This document shows positions 25,204 to 36,797 of a DNA stretch of 57,049 nt, piece after piece (position 1 is the stretch's first letter; each line of letters begins with the position of its first letter). The notes beneath the pieces are model-generated. The model did no database searches. It was not told where the DNA came from and saw only the letters and a list, made by a program, of their open reading frames with translations. Source of the DNA: Octopus bimaculoides (Eukaryota); assembly GCF_001194135.2 (NCBI RefSeq), contig NC_068984.1, positions 70,617,387 to 70,674,435 on the forward strand, read 5' to 3'. Made by a program: the position numbers and the translations under genes.

Positions 25204-25821
25204 NNNNNNNNNNNNNNNNNNNNNNNNNNNNNNNNNNNNNNNNNNNNNNNNNNNNNNNNNNNNNNNNNNNNNNNNNNNNNNNNNNNNNNNNNNNNNNNNN
25301 NNNNNNNNNNNNNNNNNNNNNNNNNNNNNNNNNNNNNNNNNNNNNNNNNNNNNNNNNNNNNNNNNNNNNNNNNNNNNNNNNNNNNNNNNNNNNNNNNNNN
25401 NNNNNNNNNNNNNNNNNNNNNNNNNNNNNNNNNNNNNNNNNNNNNNNNNNNNNNNNNNNNNNNNNNNNNNNNNNNNNNNNNNNNNNNNNNNNNNNNNNNN
25501 NNNNNNNNNNNNNNNNNNNNNNNNNNNNNNNNNNNNNNNNNNNNNNNNNNNNNNNNNNNNNNNNNNNNNNNNNNNNNNNNNNNNNNNNNNNNNNNNNNNN
25601 NNNNNNNNNNNNNNNNNNNNNNNNNNNNNNNNNNNNNNNNNNNNNNNNNNNNNNNNNNNNNNNNNNNNNNNNNNNNNNNNNNNNNNNNNNNNNNNNNNNN
25701 NNNNNNNNNNNNNNNNNNNNNNNNNNNNNNNNNNNNNNNNNNNNNNNNNNNNNNNNNNNNNNNNNNNNNNNNNNNNNNNNNNNNNNNNNNNNNNNNNNNN
25801 NNNNNNNNNNNNNNNNNNNNN
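25204..25821. other. Assembly N-gap, the largest of nine. Others: 9725-9828, 28393-28582, 29208-29605, 36314-36399, 36798-37292, 54202-54211, 55745-55889, 56299-56308 (edges approximate)
   Basis: N runs, mostly flanked by (AT)n or (AG)n microsatellites. Confidence 0.97.
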
Positions 25822-25828
25822 TATATAT

Positions 25829-26233
25829 ACTCTTTACTCTTTACTCTTTTACTTGTTTCAGTCATTTGACTGTGGCCATGCTGGAGCACTGCCTTTAGTC
25901 AAGCAAATCGACCCCAGGACTTATTCTTTGGATGTCTAGTACTTATTCTATCAGCCTCTTTTGCCGAACCACTAAGTTGCGGGATGTAAACACACCACCA
26001 TCGGTTGTCAAGCGATATTGAGGGGACAAACACAGACACAAACATATACACATGCATACACACATATATACACATATATATATATACATATATACGACAG
26101 GCTTCTTTCAGTTTCCGTCTACCAAATCCACTCACAAGGCTTTGGTCGGCCCGAGGCTATAGTAGAAGACACTTGCCCAAGGTGTCACGCAGTAGGAATG
26201 AACCTGGAACCATGTGGTTGGAAAGCAAGCTAC
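25829..26233 (-). mobile_element. SINE family B (tRNA head, central (TA/CA)n, aaagagt tail)
   Basis: Minus strand reads ccaaccacatggttccaggttcattcc..gtgacaccttgggcaagtgtcttctactatagcc...gctccagcatggccacagtcaaatgactgaaacaagtaaaagag. Confidence 0.9.
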
Positions 26234-26550
26234 ATACATAAATTTGCTCAACTAAAGGTGGATACTCCAGCATGGCCACAGTCAAATGACTGAAACAAGT
26301 AAAAGAATAAAAGAATATATTATATATATGCACAACCATGAAAGTGTGGTTCAGAAGTTCATTTCACAGCATATTATTCAGTGTTTAATTTCAGTACACA
26401 ACGTCTTGAGCATATGTCTACAATAATAGCCTTGTCTCACGTTTACCAATGCCCTCTGAGGGGAATTTGACAAAGAGATTGTAAAGAAGCTTGACATGTG
26501 TGTGTGTGTGTAAGCATGTTCATGCTTTCTAAAACCTGTTGATGTGAATA

Positions 26551-26711
26551 AGTGCAGGAGTGGCTGTGTGGTAAGTAGCTTGTTTACCAACCACATGGTT
26601 TCGGGTTCAGTCCCACTGTGGGGCACCTTGAGCAAGTATCTTCTACTAAAGCCTCAAGCAGACCAAAGCCTTGTGAGTCGATTTGGTAGACGGAAACTGA
26701 AAGAAGCCCAA

Positions 26712-26787
<76 letters not shown>

Positions 26788-26895
26788 TATATATATATGT
26801 TTGTGTGTCTGTGTTTGTCCTCCCAATATCACTTGACTTAGCAGTTTGGCAGAAAGAGACTGATAGAATAAATACTAGGCTTACAAAGAATAAAA
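26551..26895 (+). mobile_element. SINE family B, 3'-truncated, inverted relative to 25829-26233
   Basis: gtggctgtgtggtaag A-box, ggttcagtccc B-box, same body as 25829-26233. Confidence 0.9.
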
Positions 26896-27879
26896 GAACT
26901 TGTGTCTCCTATTGAGCTGTAATATCGCAGTTTGAGAAATATTAATCAATAAAGTAAGTATGAGATTATAACTTTGGAGGTAATATGATGTTCTAAGGCA
27001 TTGAGAGAGGTACCACAGAGTGGTTTCAATCCAATGATTGATACCAGCAAAAGAGTATGTAATATTCCATAGTTGTAATATTTTGCCTTACTTAGTTTAG
27101 TTTTATCAGTTGCCCACAAATGTACATATAAGCCTGATATCTCTTTTTCCCTTTTCCTTGTATATATAATTCATAATTTTATCTTTTACAACTGAATTGA
27201 TTTGATCATAAAAAAGATCTTTCAGACTGTTTTATTTCCCATCTGCAGACTTGAAACATAAAGAAATAACATTCAAAATATGTAATTATCCCTAGCGAAC
27301 TCTCAGTTTTAACTAGTCACATCAACTGAATAGTTGTCCACATATCCAATCTATTCATGCATTGTAGAGTTAAAAATATTGCTGTTTTATGTTATTCCTG
27401 TTGTGTAAGATGTAGTCTTGAGATAAATCACTAACTAGGTTGGTAAATGCATATTTTTGTTAATAAATGAAATACATTTGCAGCCAAACCTTAGTTATGT
27501 GAACATAAATTATCTGAAATACATGATTATCTTAGCTAAATCTTGATTTCTTGACTATTTGACAAAACATACTATGTTTAACTTCAATATGAGTACAAAT
27601 TTCTTATTCTAAATTTATCTAAAATTAAAACATTTCATTAAAATTTCATGTTAATTTAAGTTTCAAAAACCAGCTCAATAATGATAGCGTTATGTAGCTA
27701 AATTCTTCATTATTCTTAAAATCAATTCAAACAAGGGCAGTGTATTTCAACAAAAATATAGTAACAAAAGTCTTAAAAGGGAATTTGAATTCATGAGGAG
27801 CAGTGTAAAAATGTTACATAAAAGAGGTATCACCAATACTGGAAATACTTCTTTTATGTGACTATTATGTGACTATCAT

Positions 27880-28279
27880 GGAGGCACAATGGCCCAGTGG
27901 TTAGGGCAGCGGACTCGCGGTCATAGAATCGTGGTTTCAATTCCCAGACTGGGCGTTGTGAGTGTTTATTGGACGAAAACACCTAAAGCTCCACGAATCT
28001 ACGGCAGAGGATGGTGGTGAACCCTGTGTACCCTGTGTACCACAACTTTCACCACAACTTTCTCTCACTCTTTCTTCCTGTTTCTGTTGTACCTGTATTT
28101 CAAAGGGGCCAGCCTTGTCACGCAGTGTCACACTGAATATCCCCGAGAACTACATTAAGGGTACACGTGTCTGTGGAGTGCTCAGCCACTTGCACGTTAA
28201 TTTCACGAGCAGGCTGTTCCATTGGTTGGATCAAATGGAACCCTCGACGTCGTAAGCAACGGAGTGCCAACAACAAACA
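27880..28279 (+). mobile_element. tRNA-derived SINE family D, full length with 13-bp TSD
   Basis: tggcccagtgg A-box, ggtttcaattccc B-box, (caa)-type tail; TSD atgtgactatcat at 27867-27879 and 28280-28292. Confidence 0.88.
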
Positions 28280-29163
28280 ATGTGACTATCATATCTTGAG
28301 TTCACCATTATCATAAATATCATGTGTTGATAAGTTTACCAGGATAACTACAGATGAGTCCACATTTTACTGTGTTATGACAGTTATAACTTNNNNNNNN
28401 NNNNNNNNNNNNNNNNNNNNNNNNNNNNNNNNNNNNNNNNNNNNNNNNNNNNNNNNNNNNNNNNNNNNNNNNNNNNNNNNNNNNNNNNNNNNNNNNNNNN
28501 NNNNNNNNNNNNNNNNNNNNNNNNNNNNNNNNNNNNNNNNNNNNNNNNNNNNNNNNNNNNNNNNNNNNNNNNNNNNNNNNNNATATATATATATATATAT
28601 ATACATATGATTGTATTACTTAAATATTTACATACACACATTCACTCACACATTCAAGCATTTGCATACACCTATCCACAGTTATATCACTACCACCACC
28701 ACCACTCCCTCCTCTTCTCATTGTTTTATGAGTTGAATGTAACCTACCTTCCCAACACAGCATCACACAATTTGTTGCATTTCTTTGTTAGATACAGCAT
28801 TCTGAGATCAGCTTTCATCAGAGCTCCCCATACATTCCTTCTTTTTCCACTTCTAACTTCTAAACTCCTGGTATTTCCTTATTCATCTGTTATCATTCAT
28901 ATGTATCATATATATATATATATATATTACTTAGGAAGTTAAATGTTATAGCCGGTCAAAGAGTAATATTTAAAGGAGCTGTGGTGCGACTAATCAATGA
29001 ATGACGAATTGCAAGCCTGAAGTAGGAAATGTGTCTGATGGGGGCATTGACTGAATATTTCTTTCCTGGCTTTTAAAAACTTTAAAGTGTGCTCCTATTT
29101 TATATATGAACTACTTACTTTATATGTGTGTGTGTGTATGTGTGTATGTATACACATAGATAT

Positions 29164-29207
<44 letters not shown>

Positions 29208-30298
29208 NNNNNNNNNNNNNNNNNNNNNNNNNNNNNNNNNNNNNNNNNNNNNNNNNNNNNNNNNNNNNNNNNNNNNNNNNNNNNNNNNNNNNNNNNNNNN
29301 NNNNNNNNNNNNNNNNNNNNNNNNNNNNNNNNNNNNNNNNNNNNNNNNNNNNNNNNNNNNNNNNNNNNNNNNNNNNNNNNNNNNNNNNNNNNNNNNNNNN
29401 NNNNNNNNNNNNNNNNNNNNNNNNNNNNNNNNNNNNNNNNNNNNNNNNNNNNNNNNNNNNNNNNNNNNNNNNNNNNNNNNNNNNNNNNNNNNNNNNNNNN
29501 NNNNNNNNNNNNNNNNNNNNNNNNNNNNNNNNNNNNNNNNNNNNNNNNNNNNNNNNNNNNNNNNNNNNNNNNNNNNNNNNNNNNNNNNNNNNNNNNNNNN
29601 NNNNNTATATATATATATATATGTATATACATACACAGGCACATACATACATGCACACACACATACACACACACACATACACATATACATAGATATATGA
29701 GTGTATTTAGAGAGAAAGAGATGGGGAGAGAGACAAACAGAAAATGAAGAAGCAAATTACAGCAACAATAATAATAACAAATAACAGGTTCTTAATTCGC
29801 CACAAGGCCTTGAATGGTAATGTAAAATCCAACAAGCTTCAAGCAGTGTTTATGAAGACATGTTAGTTGCAAAAAAAAAGTTGTTACACAAAAACAAGTG
29901 TAGATGTGAAAACAGGAAAAAAGATGAAATTTATGATATATCATGAGTTACAAAATGTATAATAACAATGACATGGAATGAATAAAAATTGTATTATAGA
30001 GCAGAATAATTAGAGCATGAAAATCATTTAGGAATCTCACCTACATCCTCTGTTTCAGGCTAGAATGCTTTAGAGCACCCACAGTTAATTCCTACCTGTT
30101 GTTTCTCATTCTGAGTTTTGTACATGTCAAGCTGCTCATTAATATCTTCTATGCGGGATGCAACCTACGTTCACAAGAAATTCTTCTTTTAATGCATTGT
30201 CATAAATATCAGTTGTTTCTATGGAGATTTTGTCTTTAAAGTATCTCTTAAATTCCAAGATTGTTTATTTATATTTCCAAAAAAATTCCTCCATGCCA

Positions 30299-30672
30299 TT
30301 ATCAACTCTGCCTTAACGAAGGTGAAGGTATTGTTTTCAGTCATGTTTGTTTGTTCATTTGTTCATCTGTGGACAAGATATATCAAGAACCGCTGGATGG
30401 ATTCGGATAAAATTTTCAGGGATGTTTGGCCTTGTGACTGGCACAGATTTTGGGATCGATCCGGTACCAAACAAGGATCCTGGATTATTTTTCCATTTTT
30501 TTTACTGAATTTTTGAGAGCAGTTGGGCTCATTTTTAGCATTCTTATTTGTGGGAATAGTGGAGTTTATTTCAGATATTCTCATTTAAAAAATCATCTCT
30601 GGTAAATCCTCTGGTGTTAATCCTCTGGTGTTGCCTTGGTGGAGTTTTGCGGGCTCTGAGTGCCCTTGTTTT
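30299..30672 (+). mobile_element. Helentron-associated non-autonomous element (HINE/DINE-1-like)
   Basis: 5' hairpin ctctgcctt-aacg-aaggtgaag, then gtattgttttc, a GTTT-type microsatellite and gatccgg..ggatcc core. 3' end gccttggtggag..gcgggctctgagtgcc..tt. Confidence 0.7.
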
Positions 30673-30689
30673 GTTATTGTTTCAAAGAG

Positions 30690-31380
30690 GCACTGCTTCT
30701 TACCCATGAGCATTTCACACCATGTGCACCATAATCATTATCATTCTGAAGTGGGGGTCCTCCTTGCTGTCCGCTGTGCTTTTGCTGGGGCTCAACTTCT
30801 TTTTATTTTGTGGTGGGAGATCTTTCTCTTTTTGCATTTCTGACAGTTTGAAATGCCGTTTTTGTTGCAATCATTTATCTCTCATCATAAGTCGATGAGA
30901 TGGAGGCACTTGTTGCTACAGTCAGGTGACAGGGTATCTGCTCAATTCTTTCCCAGCCTGGGCATGAGGTGATTTCCTCTATCATTTTGTAAGCTGTCAT
31001 ATCGGATGCTCTGAAAAATGGAACCAGTTGGTCTTTCTATTTTTGCAACATTTCTCCATTTCATTGCTCTCTTCTTTGCATTATTATTCTTTCAAGCCCT
31101 TCAGAACAAGAGTTCTTCAAGTGTTTTTTTATTACCTGTATATAACAACAGGCTCTTTGCCTTGCATCCAAAGTTTTATGATTTTTATCTCCATGCCTAT
31201 AATTGGGTATAAATCTGGTATAGCTGTAGGTTCCAGTGTTTGTTAAAACTTGCAAATCCATCCTGATACCTCCCGTCCAAATGTTACCTTTCATTATATC
31301 TGCACTGATCACCCACTCATACAGTTACAGATTAATATCAACACCTTAAACAATCACCTTGTATTTCCTTCTCCAAGATA
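30690..31380 (-). pseudogene. Decayed non-LTR retrotransposon ORF1 (L1/Tx1-like gag with zinc knuckle)
   Basis: Frame-joined translation AIPDLYPIIGMEIKIIKLWMQGKEP then CYIQVIKKHLKNSC, which has CX2CX4HX4C spacing with the second C lost; many stops. Confidence 0.5.
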
Positions 31381-31491
31381 TTTGTTTATGTTAATGTTAT
31401 TTGTATGTATGGGTGGCCGTCTCACTAAAACGATCTTTTTTCATTGGATTTTCAGTTCTAAGATCTCAACATGCAATTCTATAAGACTTAC

Positions 31492-31545
31492 CTCTGGCAA
31501 TATAAAGAATTTCACCCAGAAGGTTATGCAAGCTTTTCACAGTTG
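31492..31545 (-). CDS. Candidate symmetric exon (xTVKSLHNLLGEILYIAR)
   Basis: Strong donor GAG|gtaagt, NAGNAG acceptor, open frame, phase 1 to 1. Confidence 0.25.
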
Positions 31546-32096
31546 CTGCTTCAGTTATAAATGATATCACAAATGGACAGATAAATTAATTTAAGCTTAA
31601 TATGTACTGGTATGCATTCTGCAGGAAAGTGACTGTCTTATGTAACATGGTGTTCCCAAATGGCTCTTTCTAATGAAGCCCGTTATATGGGCAAAAATAA
31701 GACCCATCTGTTAATGATTTTAATGTTTAAACTTGATGTATAAATCTGAGTGTGCAAATGGTGGTGCTTACAAAAGAAATGTCAGCATTGCTTACTAATG
31801 TACTCTCTATGGAATTATCATTAATATCTTTTTCTCTCTTTTTAGTTTTGCAACACATGTGTCTGGAAATAATGATTTTCTTTTTTACATTTTCTATATT
31901 TTACAAGAGATAGTATTGTTTCTGTAATTTTACTTTTAAGGGAACGTTGCTTGAAATTTTTTGCTGCCAGTTTTATATATAGACAATATGGAAGATATCA
32001 AACTTTATAAAATCATTATTCAAATGATATTTTTTTTGTTTTTGTTTTAGCCAACTCTCTATTGGTAGAGTTCAAGCTTTCTGATGTCATTAGTAT

Positions 32097-32323
32097 TCTT
32101 TTATTCTTTTACTTGTTTAAGTCGTTTGATTGCGGCCATGTTGGAGCACCACCTTCAGTCAAGTAATCAACCCTAGGACTTATTCTTTGTAAACCTAGTT
32201 CTTATTCTATTGGTCTCTTTTGCTGAACTGCTAAGTTACAAGGACGTAAGCACACCAGCATTGGTTGTCAAACAATGTTGTGGAACAAACTCAGACACAC
32301 AAACATATACACATTCATGCCTA

Positions 32324-32366
<43 letters not shown>

Positions 32367-32522
32367 GACAGGTTTCTTTCAGTTTCCATCTACCAAATCC
32401 TCTCACAAGGCTTTGGTTGGTCCAAGGCTATAGTAGAAGACACTTGCTCAAAGTGCCATGCAATGGGAGTGAACCTGGAACCATGTGGTTGGTGAGCAAG
32501 CTACTTATCACACAGCCATGCG
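32097..32522 (-). mobile_element. SINE family B
   Basis: Full-length match to 25829-26233. Confidence 0.9.
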
Positions 32523-32640
32523 TATATTTTGTAAAAGGAAGTGTAAAATATATAGTAATTATCCTTTCTTTAAATTATCTTTAGATTATCAAATGACAAT
32601 AATAATAATAATAGTAATAATATTAATGATAACAATAGTA

Positions 32641-33208
32641 ACCTGATGTAATACCAGGCATTGGCTCACATGACTTCTGATCTTAACTTAACAGAAGTGT
32701 TATCATGTACATGTTTTGTCTTTGTTTAAAAGATGGGTTACAACAAATATTCTGCTCAGTACTACAGATTTGCTTGTCAGTTGCTTGAACTTAACCAGTT
32801 GAGCATGTCTCTTCATGGCTGACGATATGTGCATCTCTAATCACATGCAAAAGCAGTGGGTGAGTACCATAGTGGGTGAGTATTGAGAGGAATTCTTTGG
32901 GGTTTGAATAATTCACCTTCTGAAATAAGGGTGTTTTGTACAATATCCTTAAACAACCCTTATTCAGGGACCTTTTGAGTGGGATGGGCTACTAAACTTG
33001 AAGAAAATTCTAACTGCACCCCACCTACAAGTTCATACAGTGTTTATTTTGATATGAGATCAACATATCATGCACATATATGGTTGTGATGCATGTGCCT
33101 GGTGTACCCTTATCAGATGGGTAGTCATGATGAGTATATTGGACTTCGTATATTTGTACCTCAGTGTCACTTTGAAGATGTGAGTGGCTCTCTTACTCAA
33201 TAATAATA
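32641..33208 (+). mobile_element. About 570-bp interspersed retroposon-like repeat ending in (AAT)n
   Basis: GC-richer block between AAT tracts, ending ctctcttactcaataataata. It resembles a common repeat I recall; family not identified. Confidence 0.4.
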
Positions 33209-33649
33209 TTTTTTTCACTAATCACAAGGGTTTGAGGTGATTTTGAAAATATGAAACTTCATTCAGCGGTTATGAAAATGAAAGGAGTGCTTACAAAGAT
33301 GACAAAGAAAGCCAAACGTGGCTATGCAATATATGAGTGGGGATGAAGGATTTGTAATTATATATACGTGCATGAAAATTAGCAAAATTTTGAGAAGATA
33401 CAAATTAAACAAGATATAATTATTGGACAAAATAACGTCATAGATTACTTGCTACATTGCATGTGAGTATTTCATAATCCACTTGTCGTTTCTCAAAAGT
33501 TTTAGAAAATTTGGTGTCATGACAAAGAATTTTCAAGTTTCTTATAATGTCTCAAATTTAGTTTTACTAATAATTTATCTTATGCATATTGTTTACATTT
33601 TGAAGGACTGTATGTCATTTAAAATTATTTGGACTATTCTTTCAGCACT

Positions 33650-34040
33650 TTTCTTTCATCTTTTTGGCTGCAACTGGAGCACCACCATGAAAGGTCTTAA
33701 TCCAAAAAATTGACCTCAAGACATTCTTTGTAAGCCTAGTACATATTCTATTGGTCTCTTTTACCAAACTGCTAAGTTATAGGAACATAAACACACAGGC
33801 ATTAGTTGTCAAGTGATGGTGGGGAGGAAAAACAATGATACACACATACACACACAAACATAACATATACAAATATGCCAGTCTTCTTTTAGTTTTGGTC
33901 TACCAAATCCACTCACAAGGGTTTGGCTTGCCTGAGGCTCTAGTAGAAAACATTTGCCCAAGGTGTCATGCAGTGGGACTGAACCCAGAACCATCAGGTT
34001 GGGAAGCAAGCTTCTTACCACACAGCCACACTTGCACCTG
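33650..34040 (-). mobile_element. SINE family B
   Basis: Same head, core and tail as the other family B copies. Confidence 0.85.
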
Positions 34041-34573
34041 TGTTAATTTCTATACATTAAAAGGTTGTGTAAGCATTAATGGATACTTTTTTTTAAAAGT
34101 AATTATATCTAAAGTGAATCAGTCTAACAGTGTTATATTATTGAAGTCAGAACTGTAAATACTACATATACTTTATTTAACATATATGAGTATCCTACCT
34201 TCAAGGGTTAACTGTATCTTTCCATGAGATCAATATGTACGGATTATGAACATTATTGACTGTGATATACACTAATATTAATGTACAAAAACATGAATTT
34301 GATACATAAATATCATTTAATGAATAATTAATATGAAAATAATAACAATAATGAAAAAAAAAAACTCCAACAAACAGCAAACTGACATTAGAAATTAAAG
34401 AAAACTCAAAAAATGTTCTATATATGATAGTAAAGTTTTTTTTTTATTTTTAGATATGTGTAGATTTTTTTTTAGTATTTTATTAATGGAATTTTTTATG
34501 AATTTTTTCCTGATTATACGAAAAATTTGACAACACCAGAAGCAAGGAAATTTCAAAAGTTTCAAATGATAAA

Positions 34574-34574
<1 letters not shown>

Positions 34575-34642
<68 letters not shown>

Positions 34643-34865
34643 TAATAATAATAATAATAAATAACACTAATAACAACAACAACAAAAATAATAATAATCA
34701 CAATAACAACAACAACAACAATAATAATGATAATAATTTCTTTATCAATAATAATAATTTCTTTTATTAGCCAATAATCATAATGATGACGATGATGTTA
34801 ATGATGATTACGATGATGATGATAATGAAATGACAGCAAAAAAAGAATAATGACGATAACGACGA

Positions 34866-34941
<76 letters not shown>

Positions 34942-34945
34942 AACT
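34575..34945. repeat. Compound trinucleotide microsatellite (TAC)n-(AAT)n-(AAC)n-(GAT)n
   Basis: Direct reading. Confidence 0.95.
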
Positions 34946-35682
34946 TTTATATATATGCTAAGGAAAGCTTTATCAAAATAAATGGTAAATACCTACACTG
35001 CATGTGGTTCATTTGATATTTTCCTATGACATGTTTTTCCCTTGAGAAAACAAACAAACAGATTGCTAATTCTGCTTAAATTCACATGACTTTTTTTTTC
35101 TTTGCATTTGTAGATTTTCATTTCTTTTATGATTCCTTCGATTATAAAAACTCTACAGAATACAAATTATTGTGTAAGATCTAACATCTAAAATTGCCTG
35201 AAAGCTTCACATCAGAGGTGTTTCAATGAAAAGAATTATTGTAAGATATATTCTGATTTAGCTTTTTAAAAGAGCTTATATCTGCTTCTCATTGAATTTC
35301 CAACTGACAAACATTCACTTTGTTGTATATTATGATTAATATCACATTTACACCAAATCATTCAGAAGACTAACACTGTGTTTTACTGATTTTTGACAAA
35401 GCATATATCTTAGTTTTGTGTGAGAGAATTTTATAGAGCCAACTGGACTGATACTTTATGCATTTAGTACATACAATGCTACAATAAGGTCCTAGGCTAT
35501 CAAAACTGATAAAAAAACAACAACAAAAATGCGAAGAACCAATTGTTTCACAAATGATGCACAGCCAAGTCAAACATAATGGAAATCAAACTTGGTACAT
35601 AAAGGAATGAGGCTAAATACTGTTCACTGACAGATGCATATGCCTACAAAAGTCATAATAATATAACAATTCCATTTGTACT

Positions 35683-35827
35683 TCAGTACTATATTTAAGA
35701 GATGAGGAATTATGTACATTATTTACATTATTTACATTCGACGTATATCTGTCCTCATTATGTTTGTTGATGAGGACAAATATCCATCGAATGTAAATAA
35801 TGTAAATAATGTCAATTTGTACTTTCT
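35683..35827. repeat. Asymmetric palindrome of the Penelope-like terminus (43-bp arms)
   Basis: 35716-35758 is the reverse complement of 35770-35812 with few mismatches; extra 33-nt tail on the left. Confidence 0.85.
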
Positions 35828-35964
35828 GGATAATTTTAGGTGTTGTGTATATATACACATCTGCTCTGTCTGTCGGTCTGTCTGTCTGTCTCTCTCAAAA
35901 TTTGCTTTCTTGTCTGTAAAATACCAACACATTCAACGCTTCCAAAGTTTGTTTATAAAATGTT

Positions 35965-36030
35965 CTGGCATGCAGAACAGTGATGAGAGGGGCCAAATAA
36001 AATGATATAATTCTGAAGGTTTAAGGGCCA
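35965..36030 (+). repeat. Perfect 66-bp direct repeat, copy 1 (copy 2 at 38062-38127)
   Basis: ctggcatgcagaacagtgatgagaggggccaaataaaatgatataattctgaaggtttaagggcca is identical at both sites. Confidence 0.95.
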
Positions 36031-36057
36031 TTAAAATCGATGGTAATTGTTGACAGA

Positions 36058-36129
36058 GGGTGTTTAGCTCAATGGTAGAGAACTCAGTTGGTATTTGATG
36101 AGTAAAGGGTTTGATTCCCATAGCCCCAT
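36058..36129 (+). pseudogene. tRNA-like pseudogene (72 nt, apparent anticodon GGT)
   Basis: tagctcaatggtagag D-arm/A-box and ggtttgattccc T-arm/B-box with exact cloverleaf spacing but mismatched stems; T6 run 10 nt downstream. Confidence 0.45.
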
Positions 36130-36198
36130 ACTGGCAACTTTTTTCTGTCTTTCTCTGCTGTTTTCCCAGATGTATAGCATTCAAAATTAACTTGTTGG

Positions 36199-36234
<36 letters not shown>

Positions 36235-36260
36235 GCACAAGCACACATATATGTATACTG

Positions 36261-36291
<31 letters not shown>

Positions 36292-36764
36292 TATATATAC
36301 TGATATGTATATANNNNNNNNNNNNNNNNNNNNNNNNNNNNNNNNNNNNNNNNNNNNNNNNNNNNNNNNNNNNNNNNNNNNNNNNNNNNNNNNNNNNNNA
36401 TATATATATATATGGAGAGAGAGAGGGGGGAAGAGAGAGAGAGAAGCAAACAGTACTTGCAGCAAGTATTCTAACTGGGTAGCCATCAGGTAACATAGTA
36501 CATAAATTTACCATGTGCTTTATCATGCATTTCTACCTGAAAATCCAGGAAAAACTAGTGTGAAGTGTATAAAAGTCAATCAGATTCAGTTTAGTAACTG
36601 AAAGGGAATTATGAAACAGCTTACAACCATACAGAATTAAATCTGTATCTCACTCCTTCTGGATTTTAATTTATAATATCTATCCATCTGTCTATGTGTA
36701 TGTATGTGAGAATATATATATACATATATATATACATATGTATATATATAAACTCACACACACC

Positions 36765-36797
<33 letters not shown>

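Noticed and set aside
25091-25939. Long 200-280 aa ORFs in the ORF track (also 29087-29755 and 36666-37497)
   Set aside because: Their length comes from N-gaps translated as X.
27300-27778. piggyBac-like TTAA MITE
   Set aside because: Only one TIR-like end (...atatagtaacaaaagtcttaa) could be seen; no matching left end.
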